64,000 nucleotides of DNA from Thermoplasmatales archaeon (GCA_041305025.1 JBFYMG010000025.1:5590-69589); one strand, 5' to 3'; positions 19,440-30,081 are shown, counted from the stretch's first letter. Notes: generated by a model not told the origin, from the sequence alone. Made by a program: numbers and translations.

Positions 19440-20374
19440 AATTTACCTCCCAAGATTAGGGAGAGTAGTGCCATTCTGACAGGAACTCCATTGAATGCTT
19501 GCTTGAAATACAGTGCGTGCCTTGTTTTATCCACCTCGGGATCTATTTCCACAATTCGTGGTAATGGGTGCATAACAATAAGATTCTCTTTTGCCTGTTT
19601 TAAAAGAGTTGAGTCAACCTTATAGATGCCGACAACGCGATTATATTCCTCTGCGTCAGGAAATCGCTCTTTCTGAATTCTTGTTACGTAAAGAACGTCC
19701 GCCTCTTTGATTGCTTTCTCCAAGTTCGTAGTACTTGTCGGTTCTATACCGAGTTCTTTACATTCATTAATCACTTCTTTTGGCATCTTCAAAGAGTCTG
19801 GTGAAACAAAGGTCAAATCTGCTTTAAACATGGACAGCGCATAGGCTAGTGAATGGACAGTTCGACCATACTTCAAATCACCAAGCAGAACTACGTTATT
19901 TCCTTTGATCTTCTTCTTTTCCGTCAAGATGGTAAATAAATCAAGTAAACATTGTGTTGGATGTTGTCCTGCTCCATCCCCTGCATTTAAAACTGGTGCT
20001 TTAGCAAATTCTGCCGCAAGTCTTGCCGCCCCCTCTTGGGGATGTCTTACTACAATTGCATCGCTGTATGAGTCGGCCATTCGTATGGTATCTGCCAGAT
20101 TCTCTCCTTTTTTCTGTGATGTTGCACTGGGTTCTGCGAAACCTATTACTCGGCCACCCAATCTATTCATTGCACTTTCAAAACTAAGCCTAGTGCGAGT
20201 GCTTGGTTCAAAAAACAGTGAACAGAGTATGTTTTCTTTTAAAACATTGGTATGTTTTTCCCCATTGGCATACGGTACCATTTTTTTGGAATAGTCTAGA
20301 AGATACTCAATTTCAGTCTTAGAAAAATCCTTTATCGAGATTATATCTCTTCCCTTGAAATTCATATGAATCAA
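19436..20374 (-). CDS. pyrB: Aspartate carbamoyltransferase catalytic subunit
   Basis: STRTR carbamoyl-phosphate motif, HPLP, HCLP-like region; 312 aa. Confidence 0.9.
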   Translation of the reverse strand: MIHMNFKGRDIISIKDFSKTEIEYLLDYSKKMVPYANGEKHTNVLKENILCSLFFEPSTRTRLSFESAMNRLGGRVIGFAEPSATSQKKGENLADTIRMADSYSDAIVVRHPQEGAARLAAEFAKAPVLNAGDGAGQHPTQCLLDLFTILTEKKKIKGNNVVLLGDLKYGRTVHSLAYALSMFKADLTFVSPDSLKMPKEVINECKELGIEPTSTTNLEKAIKEADVLYVTRIQKERFPDAEEYNRVVGIYKVDSTLLKQAKENLIVMHPLPRIVEIDPEVDKTRHALYFKQAFNGVPVRMALLSLILGGKL

Positions 20375-20565
20375 AAGGATAGAGATGCATAAATGACTTA
20401 ATAACCTTTTTAATTTGCAAAAATTTAAAAAAATAGGCTAAAATTAGGAAAATATATTAATATAATAAAAGTCCTATACTATTATGATAAGAGCTGTCCA
20501 ACAAGTTATATATATGGTAATCGACCAGATAAGATACAAGCAAAAATTGGGAGTATGGTTATATC

Positions 20566-22221
20566 ATGCAAGAAAATATAAAATCCAAGAAGGAGAGATT
20601 AGAAAAATTACGCATTATTCTGGATAATCCTTCCAATGGAAAATTGCATCCTGAAGATGAAAAACATATGGAGGCATTACGTAGAAGATTAATTGGATCT
20701 CCTAAAGAAAGTAAGGTTTATGTTTATAAAAGTTACAAAGAAGATAACAGGGAAGAAATTGACCCTTTGAAACCACGGGTTAAAATTTATCAAAAGGAAG
20801 AAAAAAAGGAATTTATCGCACCAGAAATAAAACATGCAGAACCTGAAGAAAAACAAGAAGAAGTAGCATACAAAGACGAAGAACTGTATGAAGTTGAAAA
20901 AGTTGAGATTAAAGGACCTGAATTTTTGGAAGTTAAACCAAAAGAAGTCACAGAAAAGAAAGAAAGAAGCTCTACGGTGGAAACAGAAGAAAGTCCAAAG
21001 CTTCCAGATTTTGAGACAAGTGATGTCGAAGACGAAAAATTACCTGAATGGGAACAAGTAGACACAAAAAAATCAAAAATTTACGAGGAAGAAACTAAAA
21101 CGGAAATGCCAAAGGAGTTGCCTCCACACGAGCAAGAAAAGGAATGCGAATTGAATGAATTTAGACCAAAAGTTGCTGAAGAAGACTTGAAAAAAAATGA
21201 TTTTGCAGAAAAGGTATTTTTACCGTTAGAAAAGAAAGAAGATGAAGAAGTAGAATTTAAAGAAACAGAAGAAAAATCTGAATTTAAAGAAGAGACTTTT
21301 GAACAAAAAGATGAGATGAGCCTAGGAGAAGAACGCCAAGAAGAAATTTCAACTTTAGACCGATCTGGCAAAATAGATATTTTCAAAGATATAAAAAGTA
21401 TGGATGAGGAAACTGCAGTTTTGTTATATGACAACGGCTTTACTTCCATCGATGCTGTAAAAAAGGCATCTTTGCGAGATTTAACAAGAATAAAGGGCAT
21501 CAGAAAGAAATTGGCCAAAAATATTAAAAAAGAAATAGAACAAGAGCCTAAAGAGTCGGCAATTGAGATCAAGGGCGAGCCAGGCGAATATTTCATTCTT
21601 GATGAAAAATCTGAAGAAGATGATGCTAAAAAGATTGATGAAAATATATCGAATTATGAATTTACAGAGGAAGACAAAGACTTTTTTGGCGATGAGGCTG
21701 AAAGCAAAGACACCAAGAAAGACAAAAAAATAGATGCTTTCAAGGGGATAAGCAATATAGATGAAAAGACAGCCTCGTTGCTCTATGAAAACGGAATTAA
21801 ATCCATTGATGTCTTAAGAGGAAAATCAGTCAGAGAATTGACAAGAATAAAAGGAATTAAAAGAAAACTTGCTAAAAGGATACAAAAAGAGATAGAATGC
21901 ATGGATCGAAAAGCTGAAGAAATGAAAGAGCACGACGAAAAATCGGCCCATGACACAAAGGATGCGCAATTTATTGAAGAAAAAGCACATGATGAAGACT
22001 GGGAATCTTATGGCGCGGATGAGATCCAAAAGCGAGGATATACTTACGAAGATTATACGCTTTATACGAAGAAGATTGAAACCAAATCAGGTAAAAAACG
22101 GTTTGTTCGTTTTTTTAGTAAAGCAGAGCCAGATGAAGGAGAGCCCTCTGAATTGCCTACGGGCTTTGAAGTGAAAGTCAATAAAAAAACTGGTCTGCCC
22201 TATTTAAAGAAGAAAAAATAG
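20566..22221 (+). CDS. Acidic KE-rich protein with two helix-hairpin-helix-like repeats
   Basis: Long E/K low-complexity N-terminal half. Two about 58-aa repeats (…IDAVKKASLRDLTRIKGIRKKLAKNIKKEIE / …IDVLRGKSVRELTRIKGIKRKLAKRIQKEIE) resemble HhH DNA-binding motifs. Confidence 0.45.
   Translation: MQENIKSKKERLEKLRIILDNPSNGKLHPEDEKHMEALRRRLIGSPKESKVYVYKSYKEDNREEIDPLKPRVKIYQKEEKKEFIAPEIKHAEPEEKQEEVAYKDEELYEVEKVEIKGPEFLEVKPKEVTEKKERSSTVETEESPKLPDFETSDVEDEKLPEWEQVDTKKSKIYEEETKTEMPKELPPHEQEKECELNEFRPKVAEEDLKKNDFAEKVFLPLEKKEDEEVEFKETEEKSEFKEETFEQKDEMSLGEERQEEISTLDRSGKIDIFKDIKSMDEETAVLLYDNGFTSIDAVKKASLRDLTRIKGIRKKLAKNIKKEIEQEPKESAIEIKGEPGEYFILDEKSEEDDAKKIDENISNYEFTEEDKDFFGDEAESKDTKKDKKIDAFKGISNIDEKTASLLYENGIKSIDVLRGKSVRELTRIKGIKRKLAKRIQKEIECMDRKAEEMKEHDEKSAHDTKDAQFIEEKAHDEDWESYGADEIQKRGYTYEDYTLYTKKIETKSGKKRFVRFFSKAEPDEGEPSELPTGFEVKVNKKTGLPYLKKKK
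21370..21900 (+). repeat. Two about 175-nt imperfect direct repeats (21370-21545 and 21727-21900) encoding the duplicated HhH-like module
   Basis: The protein-level duplication is obvious; nucleotide identity is partial. Confidence 0.6.
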
Positions 22222-22285
22222 AGATAAAAAATATTATCAAGATTTATAAATCATCTTTTGCATTAGCTTTACTTGTGTAAGAACA

Positions 22286-23752
22286 ATGAAATGGAATGGC
22301 CCGTTAAACAAGATAGACGAGTTTAGATACGAGATTCCTAAAAGTTATAAGGGGGAAAAAAATAATCTTGATATGCGGACATCTGCCGTTATTTACGCAG
22401 ATGAAGCCATGATTTCTTCTATTAGAACTGATAATGCCCCTGAGCAAGCTGCCAATGTGGCTATGCTTCCAGGCATCGTTGGAAAATCGCTTGCCATGCC
22501 AGATATCCATTGGGGGTACGGATTTCCAATCGGTGGAGTTGCTGCAGTAGATGCAGAAGAAGGTGTTATCTCGCCAGGTGGGGTCGGGTATGATATCAAC
22601 TGTGGCGTGCGACTTATAAAAACTAGCTTACGTGCCTCCGATTTAGACGCTGAAAAAATCCATAATCTTATCGATGAGATGTTTCGGAATGTTCCTTCAG
22701 GTCTGGGTTCCAATGCCAAAGTTCGCCTCAGCAGAAAGGAACTGGAAGATGTGCTCAAATTAGGAGCTCGCTGGGCTGTCGAAAACAGTTATGGCTGGGA
22801 TAGAGATCTTGAGTATTTAGAGGAGAATGGATGTTTAAAACATGCTGACGTAAGCAAGGTCTCAGAGATGGCAAAACAGAGAGGAGCGCCACAGCTTGGT
22901 TCACTTGGAGCCGGCAATCATTTCTTGGAGATACAAAAAGTCGCTGAAATTTTCGATGAAAAAGCAGCAAAAGTTTTTGGCATAGACACTATAGGACAAA
23001 TAATGATAATGATTCATACTGGCTCTCGTGGATTTGGCCATCAGGTCTGTACAGATCATCTAAGGGTGCTTGAGCAAGCCGTGAATAAATACAACATTTG
23101 GCTTCCCGACCGACAACTGGCATGCGCTCCTGTAAATTCCAAAGAAGGGCAGGATTATTTGAAAGCGATGGCATGTGCCGCGAATTTCGCCTGGTGCAAC
23201 AGACAAATGATTGTTCATTGGGTGCGAGAATCCTTTGAAAAAATATTGAGGAACAGTGCAGAAAGTATGGACATGAACATCATCTATGACGTTTGCCATA
23301 ACATTGCTAAGCTGGAAGAGCACGAGATTGAAGGCAAGAAAAGAAAGGTATACGTACACAGAAAAGGGGCAACCCGCTCGTTTGGACCGGGTAAAAGCGA
23401 AGTTCCATTAAAATATAGAGATATCGGTCAGCCTGTGTTAATTCCAGGTGATATGGGAACAGAAAGCTACCTACTTCGCGGTACCACGGCAAAGGAGACA
23501 TTTGGTTCCACATGCCATGGCGCAGGGAGAGTAATGTCCAGGAACGAAGCAGTGGGACGATGGCGCGGTGAAACTATTCTTAATGAATTGAAAAAGAAAG
23601 GAATCTACGCGCATCCTGCGAGTTTGAAGGTCATGGCTGAGGAGGCTCCAGATGCATATAAAGATGTGACGCAAGTGGTCAATGTAACACATGGTGCGGG
23701 CCTTTCTCTCAAAGTTGCAAAACTGTTGCCGTTGGGCGTAGTGAAAGGATAA
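22286..23752 (+). CDS. rtcB: RNA-splicing ligase RtcB
   Basis: GAGNHF, HTGSRGFGHQV, CHGAGR motifs; 488 aa. Confidence 0.92.
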   Translation: MKWNGPLNKIDEFRYEIPKSYKGEKNNLDMRTSAVIYADEAMISSIRTDNAPEQAANVAMLPGIVGKSLAMPDIHWGYGFPIGGVAAVDAEEGVISPGGVGYDINCGVRLIKTSLRASDLDAEKIHNLIDEMFRNVPSGLGSNAKVRLSRKELEDVLKLGARWAVENSYGWDRDLEYLEENGCLKHADVSKVSEMAKQRGAPQLGSLGAGNHFLEIQKVAEIFDEKAAKVFGIDTIGQIMIMIHTGSRGFGHQVCTDHLRVLEQAVNKYNIWLPDRQLACAPVNSKEGQDYLKAMACAANFAWCNRQMIVHWVRESFEKILRNSAESMDMNIIYDVCHNIAKLEEHEIEGKKRKVYVHRKGATRSFGPGKSEVPLKYRDIGQPVLIPGDMGTESYLLRGTTAKETFGSTCHGAGRVMSRNEAVGRWRGETILNELKKKGIYAHPASLKVMAEEAPDAYKDVTQVVNVTHGAGLSLKVAKLLPLGVVKG

Positions 23753-23825
23753 TTTTGTATTCTCTTTTTTCACCAATTAATTTTAAATGCTAGAAGCTGT
23801 ATTATAGGTATCGGATGGTGATGCA

Positions 23826-24581
23826 TTGGAAGAAGTTGAAATTTGTGATTTTGAAGAAATAGATCTTAAAGGTGCTACTGTTATCGCTGGTTTTCCTTCA
23901 ATAGGGTTAGTTAGTACTATTGCCGCCAATTATTTAATTGATGCTTTGAATTTAAGACAAATTGGTTGTGTAAATTCTTCACAGTTTCCTGCATTATCAG
24001 TTGTTCACACTGGAGAACCATTATCTCCTGTTCGAATCTATGCAGGAACCGAAAAAAATGGGGAGAAAATCGTTGTTTTCGTTTCTGAATTTAAGCCGAA
24101 ACCTACGCTCATCAACGCTATATCCGAAGCCATCATGAGGTGGGTTGTCAAAAAGGGATGCAAGTTACTTATATCTCCTGAAGGAATGGTTGTCGAAGGA
24201 AAAGAGTCCGAAGGAGGACAAGCGGCCGATGCATATGCGATTGGATCCACTGAGAATGCCAGGCGCATGCTGACGTCAAAGAAGATTTCACAATTCACAA
24301 ATGGCATTATAGCAGGCGTTTCAGGAGTGTTGCTTAATCTGGGCAAGCAGTCTAATTTTGATGTAATATCAATACTTGCGGAAGCGCATCCAAACTATCC
24401 TGATGCGAGAGCTGCCGCAGCATCAATAAATGTTATGGCCCTGATAACAGAAATAGAGATAAACGTGTCTCCACTGTACGAAGAATCAGAACGCATTGAA
24501 AAACAACTCCAGAAATTCCACAAACAGGCAAAACCGATGGTTGCTGCAAACCAAGCACCACAGCCGAACATGTACGGATAA
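23826..24581 (+). CDS. PAC2 (proteasome assembly chaperone 2)-family protein
   Basis: N-terminal ATVIAGFPSIGLVSTIAANYLIDAL matches the PAC2/COG1938 signature; 251 aa. Confidence 0.55.
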   Translation: MEEVEICDFEEIDLKGATVIAGFPSIGLVSTIAANYLIDALNLRQIGCVNSSQFPALSVVHTGEPLSPVRIYAGTEKNGEKIVVFVSEFKPKPTLINAISEAIMRWVVKKGCKLLISPEGMVVEGKESEGGQAADAYAIGSTENARRMLTSKKISQFTNGIIAGVSGVLLNLGKQSNFDVISILAEAHPNYPDARAAAASINVMALITEIEINVSPLYEESERIEKQLQKFHKQAKPMVAANQAPQPNMYG

Positions 24582-24671
24582 ACCAGAGCAGTACAGTATT
24601 TAAGCTTAAAAAAGGTATAATTCTGTCATAACTAAGTTTAAAACACATTTGTACATTATTTTTTATCAGTT

Positions 24672-25421
24672 ATGAAAAAAATACCCAAGAGTCACCCACG
24701 ATACAATTCTCTAATTACTAGAGAGAAAATTTCTCAGGCTACAAAAAAAGGCATTGTCCATGAGACCGGTCTCATTGCTCACGGCAGAGGAGAGGCTTTT
24801 GATTATTTAATCGGTGAAAAGACAATATTGCTTGCAGAGAATGCTGCAAAGGTTGCAGCTGCAGCACTACTTATTGCCAAGAGTCCAGTAATATCGGTTA
24901 ATGGAAACGTTGCTGCTTTAGCAGCAAATCAATGCGTCAGTCTAGCAAGTGCAATTCCTGCGAAACTCGAGGTAAATCTTTTTCATAGGACCGATAAACG
25001 CATAAATAAGATCGTATCCGAATTAAAAAAAAGCGGAGCTAAAGAAGTATATGGTAAGAAAGCAGACGCTAGAATTCCGGGTTTGGATCATGATAGGAGC
25101 TTATGCGACAGGAGAGGTATTTTTTCTGCCGATGTCGTTCTTGTTCCTCTGGAAGACGGCGATAGATGCCAGGCGCTAAGAGATATGAATAAGTTAGTAA
25201 TAGCCATTGATTTGAACCCCATTTCTAGAACAGCTAAAACAGCAAATATAACTATTGTTGATAATGTTGCAAGAGCTGTTCCAAACATTGAAAAATGGGT
25301 TAGAAAATTGAAAAATGAGGATAAAAAAAAGTTAAAAAAAATAGTTCAATCATGGGATAACGAAAAAAATCTACATGAAGTGCTGTCTTTTATTTCAAAA
25401 AGACTAAATTCGTTGTTTTGA
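24672..25421 (+). CDS. Probable archaeal 4-phosphopantoate--beta-alanine ligase (phosphopantothenate synthetase, COG1701)
   Basis: IPKSHPRY...LIAHGRGEAFDYLIGE N-terminal block as I recall it for the archaeal PPS family; 249 aa. Confidence 0.5.
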   Translation: MKKIPKSHPRYNSLITREKISQATKKGIVHETGLIAHGRGEAFDYLIGEKTILLAENAAKVAAAALLIAKSPVISVNGNVAALAANQCVSLASAIPAKLEVNLFHRTDKRINKIVSELKKSGAKEVYGKKADARIPGLDHDRSLCDRRGIFSADVVLVPLEDGDRCQALRDMNKLVIAIDLNPISRTAKTANITIVDNVARAVPNIEKWVRKLKNEDKKKLKKIVQSWDNEKNLHEVLSFISKRLNSLF

Positions 25422-25433
25422 TTAGGTGAAAGT

Positions 25434-26741
25434 ATGCAATCCTATAGAAGTCACTATTCAAAAGATGTAACTAAGGAAGATTTTGGTAAATCTATCACTG
25501 TTGCAGGTTGGGTTGAAGACATACGAAATATTGGTTCTATTGCCTTTGTTATTATTCGCGATAAAAAAGGAACTCTTCAACTTACACTTCTTAAAAAGAA
25601 AGCTCCCGAAATATTTGAAAAACTAATATCCTTTCCAAGAGAATCAATTATATCTGTTAAAGGTCTTTGTAAAGAAAATGAAAAGGTAAGAAATGGATAC
25701 GAAATTCTACCTGAATCTTTTGAGATTTTATCTGTTGCAGAAACGCCGTTACCATTAGGCATAGTAGACAAAGTTGAATCAGATTTTGATACAAGACTGG
25801 ACAACAGAGTTATTGATTTGAGAAAACAAGAAACTCAGGCAATATTCAAAATAAGAAATACTGTTATTGCTGCCGTTCATGAATATCTGCGATCCCAAAA
25901 TTTCATAGAAGTGCATACCCCCAAGATCATTGCGAGTTCTTCTGAAGGCGGAACCGACGTGTTCAAGGTAAAGTATTTTGAAAAAGAGGCTTTTTTGGCC
26001 CAGTCTCCACAACTTTATAAACAGATGTTGATGGCGACAGGTTTGGATCGAGTGTATGAAATTGCATGGTATTTCAGAGCTGAAGAGCACAATACTCGTA
26101 GGCATCTTAATGAATCCACGGCCGTAGATTTAGAAATGGCTTTTATTAAAGACGAAGAAGAGGTAATGAATGTTTTAGAGGGTCTTGTTCATAGTATGTG
26201 GAAGAAGGCAAGTGAATGCAAGCAAGAACTCGAAATTTTAAATAAGAAAATTACTGTACCAAAGTTACCTTTTAAACGAGTAAAATATGATGATGTAATT
26301 AAGAAGTTGAATAAGAAAGGCAACAAGATGGCCTGGGGCCAGGATCTTGGTGCTGAAGAAGAAAAGCTTCTTGGCGAAATAATGATGGAAGAGGGCTACG
26401 ATTTTTACTTTATAACTAAATATCCTCTAGAGGCTAAGCCGTTTTATACAATGCCTGAAGGCGATAAATATTCGCGAGGGTTTGACCTGGAATGTAAAGG
26501 CGTCGAAGTTGCTTCTGGTAGCCAGCGCATACATGATGAAAAACTATTGAAAGAAAGACTAAAGGCGTGCGGTCTTAATCCCATAGATTTTGAGTCATAT
26601 CTAAAGGCCTTTAGATATGGCATGCCGCCCCATGGTGGTTTTGGTTTTGGAATTGAACGATTTTTGATGGAATTGCTAGACATTAAAAATATCAGAGAAT
26701 GTATTTTATTCCCAAGGGATAGAACAAGACTAACGCCTTAG
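25434..26741 (+). CDS. aspS: Aspartyl-tRNA synthetase (archaeal/eukaryal type)
   Basis: OB-fold N-terminus, [22 protein letters not shown] (motif 2), GGFGFGIER (motif 3); 435 aa. Confidence 0.85.
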   Translation: MQSYRSHYSKDVTKEDFGKSITVAGWVEDIRNIGSIAFVIIRDKKGTLQLTLLKKKAPEIFEKLISFPRESIISVKGLCKENEKVRNGYEILPESFEILSVAETPLPLGIVDKVESDFDTRLDNRVIDLRKQETQAIFKIRNTVIAAVHEYLRSQNFIEVHTPKIIASSSEGGTDVFKVKYFEKEAFLAQSPQLYKQMLMATGLDRVYEIAWYFRAEEHNTRRHLNESTAVDLEMAFIKDEEEVMNVLEGLVHSMWKKASECKQELEILNKKITVPKLPFKRVKYDDVIKKLNKKGNKMAWGQDLGAEEEKLLGEIMMEEGYDFYFITKYPLEAKPFYTMPEGDKYSRGFDLECKGVEVASGSQRIHDEKLLKERLKACGLNPIDFESYLKAFRYGMPPHGGFGFGIERFLMELLDIKNIRECILFPRDRTRLTP

Positions 26742-26866
26742 TGTCCAGATAAGCGTATTTTTAAGGTTTTTATACAAAATTTAGCTAAAATCACTCCAAA
26801 CGTAGCAATATTTATATAGTATTAATATTAATATATAAATATATAAATATATCACAAGGTGGAAAA

Positions 26867-28027
26867 ATGAAATATATGCATAGGAAAATATTGATAGCGA
26901 GCTTTTTTGTCGCTTTGATGCTAATTGTACCATTTACAGCGGTTACAAGATCAAGCGATACTTTAACTCAGGAAAAAAATTCGAGCCAAATTGATGAGCA
27001 GATTCGTTCTACAAAAGCTCTTTTAACTACGGCCCAAATGAAAGAACTACAAGACTTAACAAATAGTATAAAGGATAAAGAATTAAGGTCAGTAGCACAA
27101 AATATAATAAATCGGTTGGTTTCAAATAATGGTGAAGTAGATTTAAACACACTAGCTGAGTTCATTGGCTATGATCAATCAGGTCAATTGGTTGTTAAAT
27201 CTACAAGTGGCTATTTTGTTATTGATAATTATGAAAGCCTTGGCATATTTGGTCAAATATTCAGTCGTATAATCGATCAGATAGTATTATGGCTATGGGG
27301 CCAAATACTTGAGTGGATGGGCACTAGACTTGGATGGCTAGCGACTCCTATATTTTATTACCAAAATGTCTCAATAATAATTGCCAAAATAGAAGGCATA
27401 TATGGTGCGATAAATAACGACATTAATACAATCAAAGAGTTAAAAAGAGCGATAGGGAGATTTCTTAATGCTCCAGGCATTATAATAAGAGCCATTTATT
27501 TTTATCAGCTTATTATTGCTACTGTCGAAGCATACCGAGCCGCTATAAGCCTAATGGAGAATATCTCAAATCTCCCAGAAAATATAAGGACATATGTAAC
27601 TGAATTGTATGTTAATACCACAGCGTTTTATCTATGGCTAATACCAGAAAACGGAGACTATCCTTACGAGAGACCAATAGCAATAAATGTCAATTTAATA
27701 GGAATTGATCCAAGTACTGTACAAATATATTGCGATGACATATGGTATACATCTGACGAAAGTACTTTTCAAGTAGCATATAATACTGCAAATAAAGGAA
27801 ACGCCTGGTGGATACACGAGTGCACTATATCGGCTTATACAGATGACGGCAGGCGGCAATCAGTGGGAGGACCATCAACATATGCTCTTTCCATGGGTGT
27901 CTTTGATGTAACATTTGATTTTACAAATGGTCAAGAATACAGCCAACCAAGCGCGGCTCCTCAATCGCAACAAAGCCAGAGCAGCCCACAATCAGCAGGC
28001 AGCTCCAGTACTACACAAAACGAATAA
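26867..28027 (+). CDS. hypothetical membrane-anchored or secreted protein with Q/S-rich C-terminus
   Basis: N-terminal hydrophobic segment, aromatic-rich middle, C-terminal QSQQSQSSPQSAGSSS tail. Confidence 0.35.
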   Translation: MKYMHRKILIASFFVALMLIVPFTAVTRSSDTLTQEKNSSQIDEQIRSTKALLTTAQMKELQDLTNSIKDKELRSVAQNIINRLVSNNGEVDLNTLAEFIGYDQSGQLVVKSTSGYFVIDNYESLGIFGQIFSRIIDQIVLWLWGQILEWMGTRLGWLATPIFYYQNVSIIIAKIEGIYGAINNDINTIKELKRAIGRFLNAPGIIIRAIYFYQLIIATVEAYRAAISLMENISNLPENIRTYVTELYVNTTAFYLWLIPENGDYPYERPIAINVNLIGIDPSTVQIYCDDIWYTSDESTFQVAYNTANKGNAWWIHECTISAYTDDGRRQSVGGPSTYALSMGVFDVTFDFTNGQEYSQPSAAPQSQQSQSSPQSAGSSSTTQNE

Positions 28028-28095
28028 ATTTCAATAGTTAATTAAATTTTCTTTTCTTTTTTATCTAAGTTAATTTCAGATCATTTTATGATTTT

Positions 28096-28581
28096 CTATT
28101 CCTTTTCAATACAACTTGTTGGTAAAAATTTGAATGGATATATATTGAAATTTTTAATAAAGTAGTCCTGGCTTTCCCATTCTTCTGCAAATATTTCCAT
28201 GTCGTAATTTATGTCATTATAGAAAAAAGTCACATGTTTTAAATGTACTGTTATTTCCACTTCATCTCCCTCTTTGTATTTGTCTGTAATATTGCCTTGA
28301 AATGCAACGCCTCTCGTCCCAGATGACCATATAAAACTTATGCCGGTTGCATTAAAGTTTTGGTCGTAGGTGACGTTTGATATTGTATCTTTTATAATCA
28401 GTGTATCTCCATCTTGATACGAAGTATAAAGCATTGAAAAAGTTGTATTGTTATTAACCCATTTTACATCTTCGTTTAATTCTTTGGCAGTTATTGTAAA
28501 AGTTTTTCCACTATTGCATCCACTAATCAACATTACTAAAGCTAAAAACACTGCACATATCAATAATATTGTTTTTTTCAT
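28096..28581 (-). CDS. Putative secreted lipoprotein (161 aa)
   Basis: Signal peptide with lipobox-like LISGC followed by a beta-rich domain. Confidence 0.35.
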   Translation of the reverse strand: MKKTILLICAVFLALVMLISGCNSGKTFTITAKELNEDVKWVNNNTTFSMLYTSYQDGDTLIIKDTISNVTYDQNFNATGISFIWSSGTRGVAFQGNITDKYKEGDEVEITVHLKHVTFFYNDINYDMEIFAEEWESQDYFIKNFNIYPFKFLPTSCIEKE

Positions 28582-28669
28582 ATTTTACGTCAATCAAAAA
28601 AAGAATTTATATGTTTCCACTATTTATTAAATAACTAATAGCATTAAACAGCAAAATGAATAAGATAGT

Positions 28670-28753
28670 GCAGGGGACGAGATTTGAACTCGCGGACCAC
28701 TAAGGACAAGACCCTCAATCTTGCGCCGTTGACCGTGCTTGGCTACCCCTGCA
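28670..28753 (-). tRNA. tRNA-Leu (anticodon GAG), long variable arm
   Basis: Reverse complement folds as acceptor GCAGGGG/CCCCTGC, anticodon stem CAAGA/TCTTG with loop TTGAGGG, a long variable arm and T-arm GCGAGTTCAAATCTCGT; 84 nt. Confidence 0.8.
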
Positions 28754-28797
28754 AAACGAGGAGGGCGTCAAAAGAAAGAATGTTGATTTTGAAAATT

Positions 28798-28965
28798 TAC
28801 AGCGTTATGGCTTCATTTGGGCATTCATCGACGCATGTCCCGCAATCAATGCATTCCTCAGCATTTATAACGGCTTTGTCCTTTAGTTCGATAGCTTCTA
28901 CAGGACAGACTTCAACACACGACCCGCAAGCATCACATTTTTCCAAGTCTACTTTTACAGCCATA
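28798..28965 (-). CDS. 2x[4Fe-4S] ferredoxin (55 aa), absent from the ORF track
   Basis: Minus-strand translation MAVKVDLEKCDACGSCVEVCPVEAIELKDKAVINAEECIDCGTCVDECPNEAITL has two CxxCxxCxxxCP motifs. GGAGGA Shine-Dalgarno-like box 6-12 nt upstream of the ATG. Confidence 0.75.
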
Positions 28966-29038
28966 ATATTCCTCCATAAATCTTTATTTTTTGGGGATTA
29001 AATCCCAGATACCATATTTATCCTTTCTGGTTACAATT

Positions 29039-29560
29039 CTATAAAAGATTGAGATCTATACCACAGATATCGCTTAATTCTTTATGCAGCTTGAGCAGAC
29101 GTTCTGCATATTCCTTATGGCCTTCATTCAAAGCTCGCTCTATTGCATCTTCTATGTTTTGTCGTTCATATTTATCAATTAGATTGTCAGCATGACAAAC
29201 AATCTTTTCTTCTAGTGTTTCAGGTATATAGTCCTTTAGCGGTAGTCCTAGTTTCTTTGCTTCTGTCTTTGATACTCCGGCCCCGATGTGTCTTTCGATG
29301 ATATTTATTATACTTTGAGGCAAACCTAATTTTTGAGCGATTTTGACGCCTTCTAGAGCATGAAGAATATCATGTGTTTTTGATCGACCTATGTCGTGAA
29401 GTAGTGCACCTGCTTCAACTAGTTCAACGTCGGCATGAGCCTTTTTAGCCATCTTAACAGCGACATCTCTAACTGCTTTACAATGCTTAATAACACTCTC
29501 GGAACAGCCAACTTTTTTAAGCAATTCAAGACATTCGTCTGGAGAGGGAATCAAATTCAT
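29039..29560 (-). CDS. HD-domain phosphohydrolase
   Basis: LLHDIGR HD motif and downstream His/Asp residues; 173 aa; 4-nt overlap with upstream aTrm56. Confidence 0.75.
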   Translation of the reverse strand: MNLIPSPDECLELLKKVGCSESVIKHCKAVRDVAVKMAKKAHADVELVEAGALLHDIGRSKTHDILHALEGVKIAQKLGLPQSIINIIERHIGAGVSKTEAKKLGLPLKDYIPETLEEKIVCHADNLIDKYERQNIEDAIERALNEGHKEYAERLLKLHKELSDICGIDLNLL

Positions 29561-30081
29561 GTCAATACCTGGCCTTCTTTTGAGACAACCTTTTTCCCCT
29601 TATTGCTGGGAAGAATTTCTATTTTTCCATTAAATTTTTTATTTATCCATCTTCCAGAGTTATACCTATCTAAAAAAATTGACAGTGCGGCAACTTCAGA
29701 ATGAGGTTGATTACCAACAGAAACATTAAAATCAGCCAATTCATAGACTTGAGGAGGGACTTTTTCTGCTCCAACAACTACAAGTAAATTCTTATTTTTA
29801 TTAATTTTATTAATTGATTTATTCAATTCCTCACCATACATTGTAAGATGAACGATTGCACCCTTCCATTGTTTTATTATTTTTTTATAATCTACACCAG
29901 TTTCTATTTTAAAATCTCCTCCAAAACGTTTGCAAATGGATTGAAGATTTTTTTCAATTTTTTCATCTTTTGTATCGATGATGATTTCATCAGCACCAAA
30001 AGCACGTGCTACCAAAGCAACATGAGTCGTTATACGCTTATCACGAGCAATTCTATGTCCTATTCTTAAAACAGTTATCAT
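29557..30081 (-). CDS. tRNA (cytidine56-2'-O)-methyltransferase aTrm56 (SPOUT)
   Basis: MITVLRIGHRIARDKRITTHVALVARAFGAD...VVGAEKVP...GNQPHSEVAALSIFLDR is near-collinear with characterised archaeal aTrm56. Confidence 0.88.
   Translation of the reverse strand: MITVLRIGHRIARDKRITTHVALVARAFGADEIIIDTKDEKIEKNLQSICKRFGGDFKIETGVDYKKIIKQWKGAIVHLTMYGEELNKSINKINKNKNLLVVVGAEKVPPQVYELADFNVSVGNQPHSEVAALSIFLDRYNSGRWINKKFNGKIEILPSNKGKKVVSKEGQVLT

Noticed and set aside
28684-29001. 105-aa plus-strand ORF
   Set aside because: Begins inside tRNA-Leu (minus strand) and runs antisense to a canonical ferredoxin gene; spurious.
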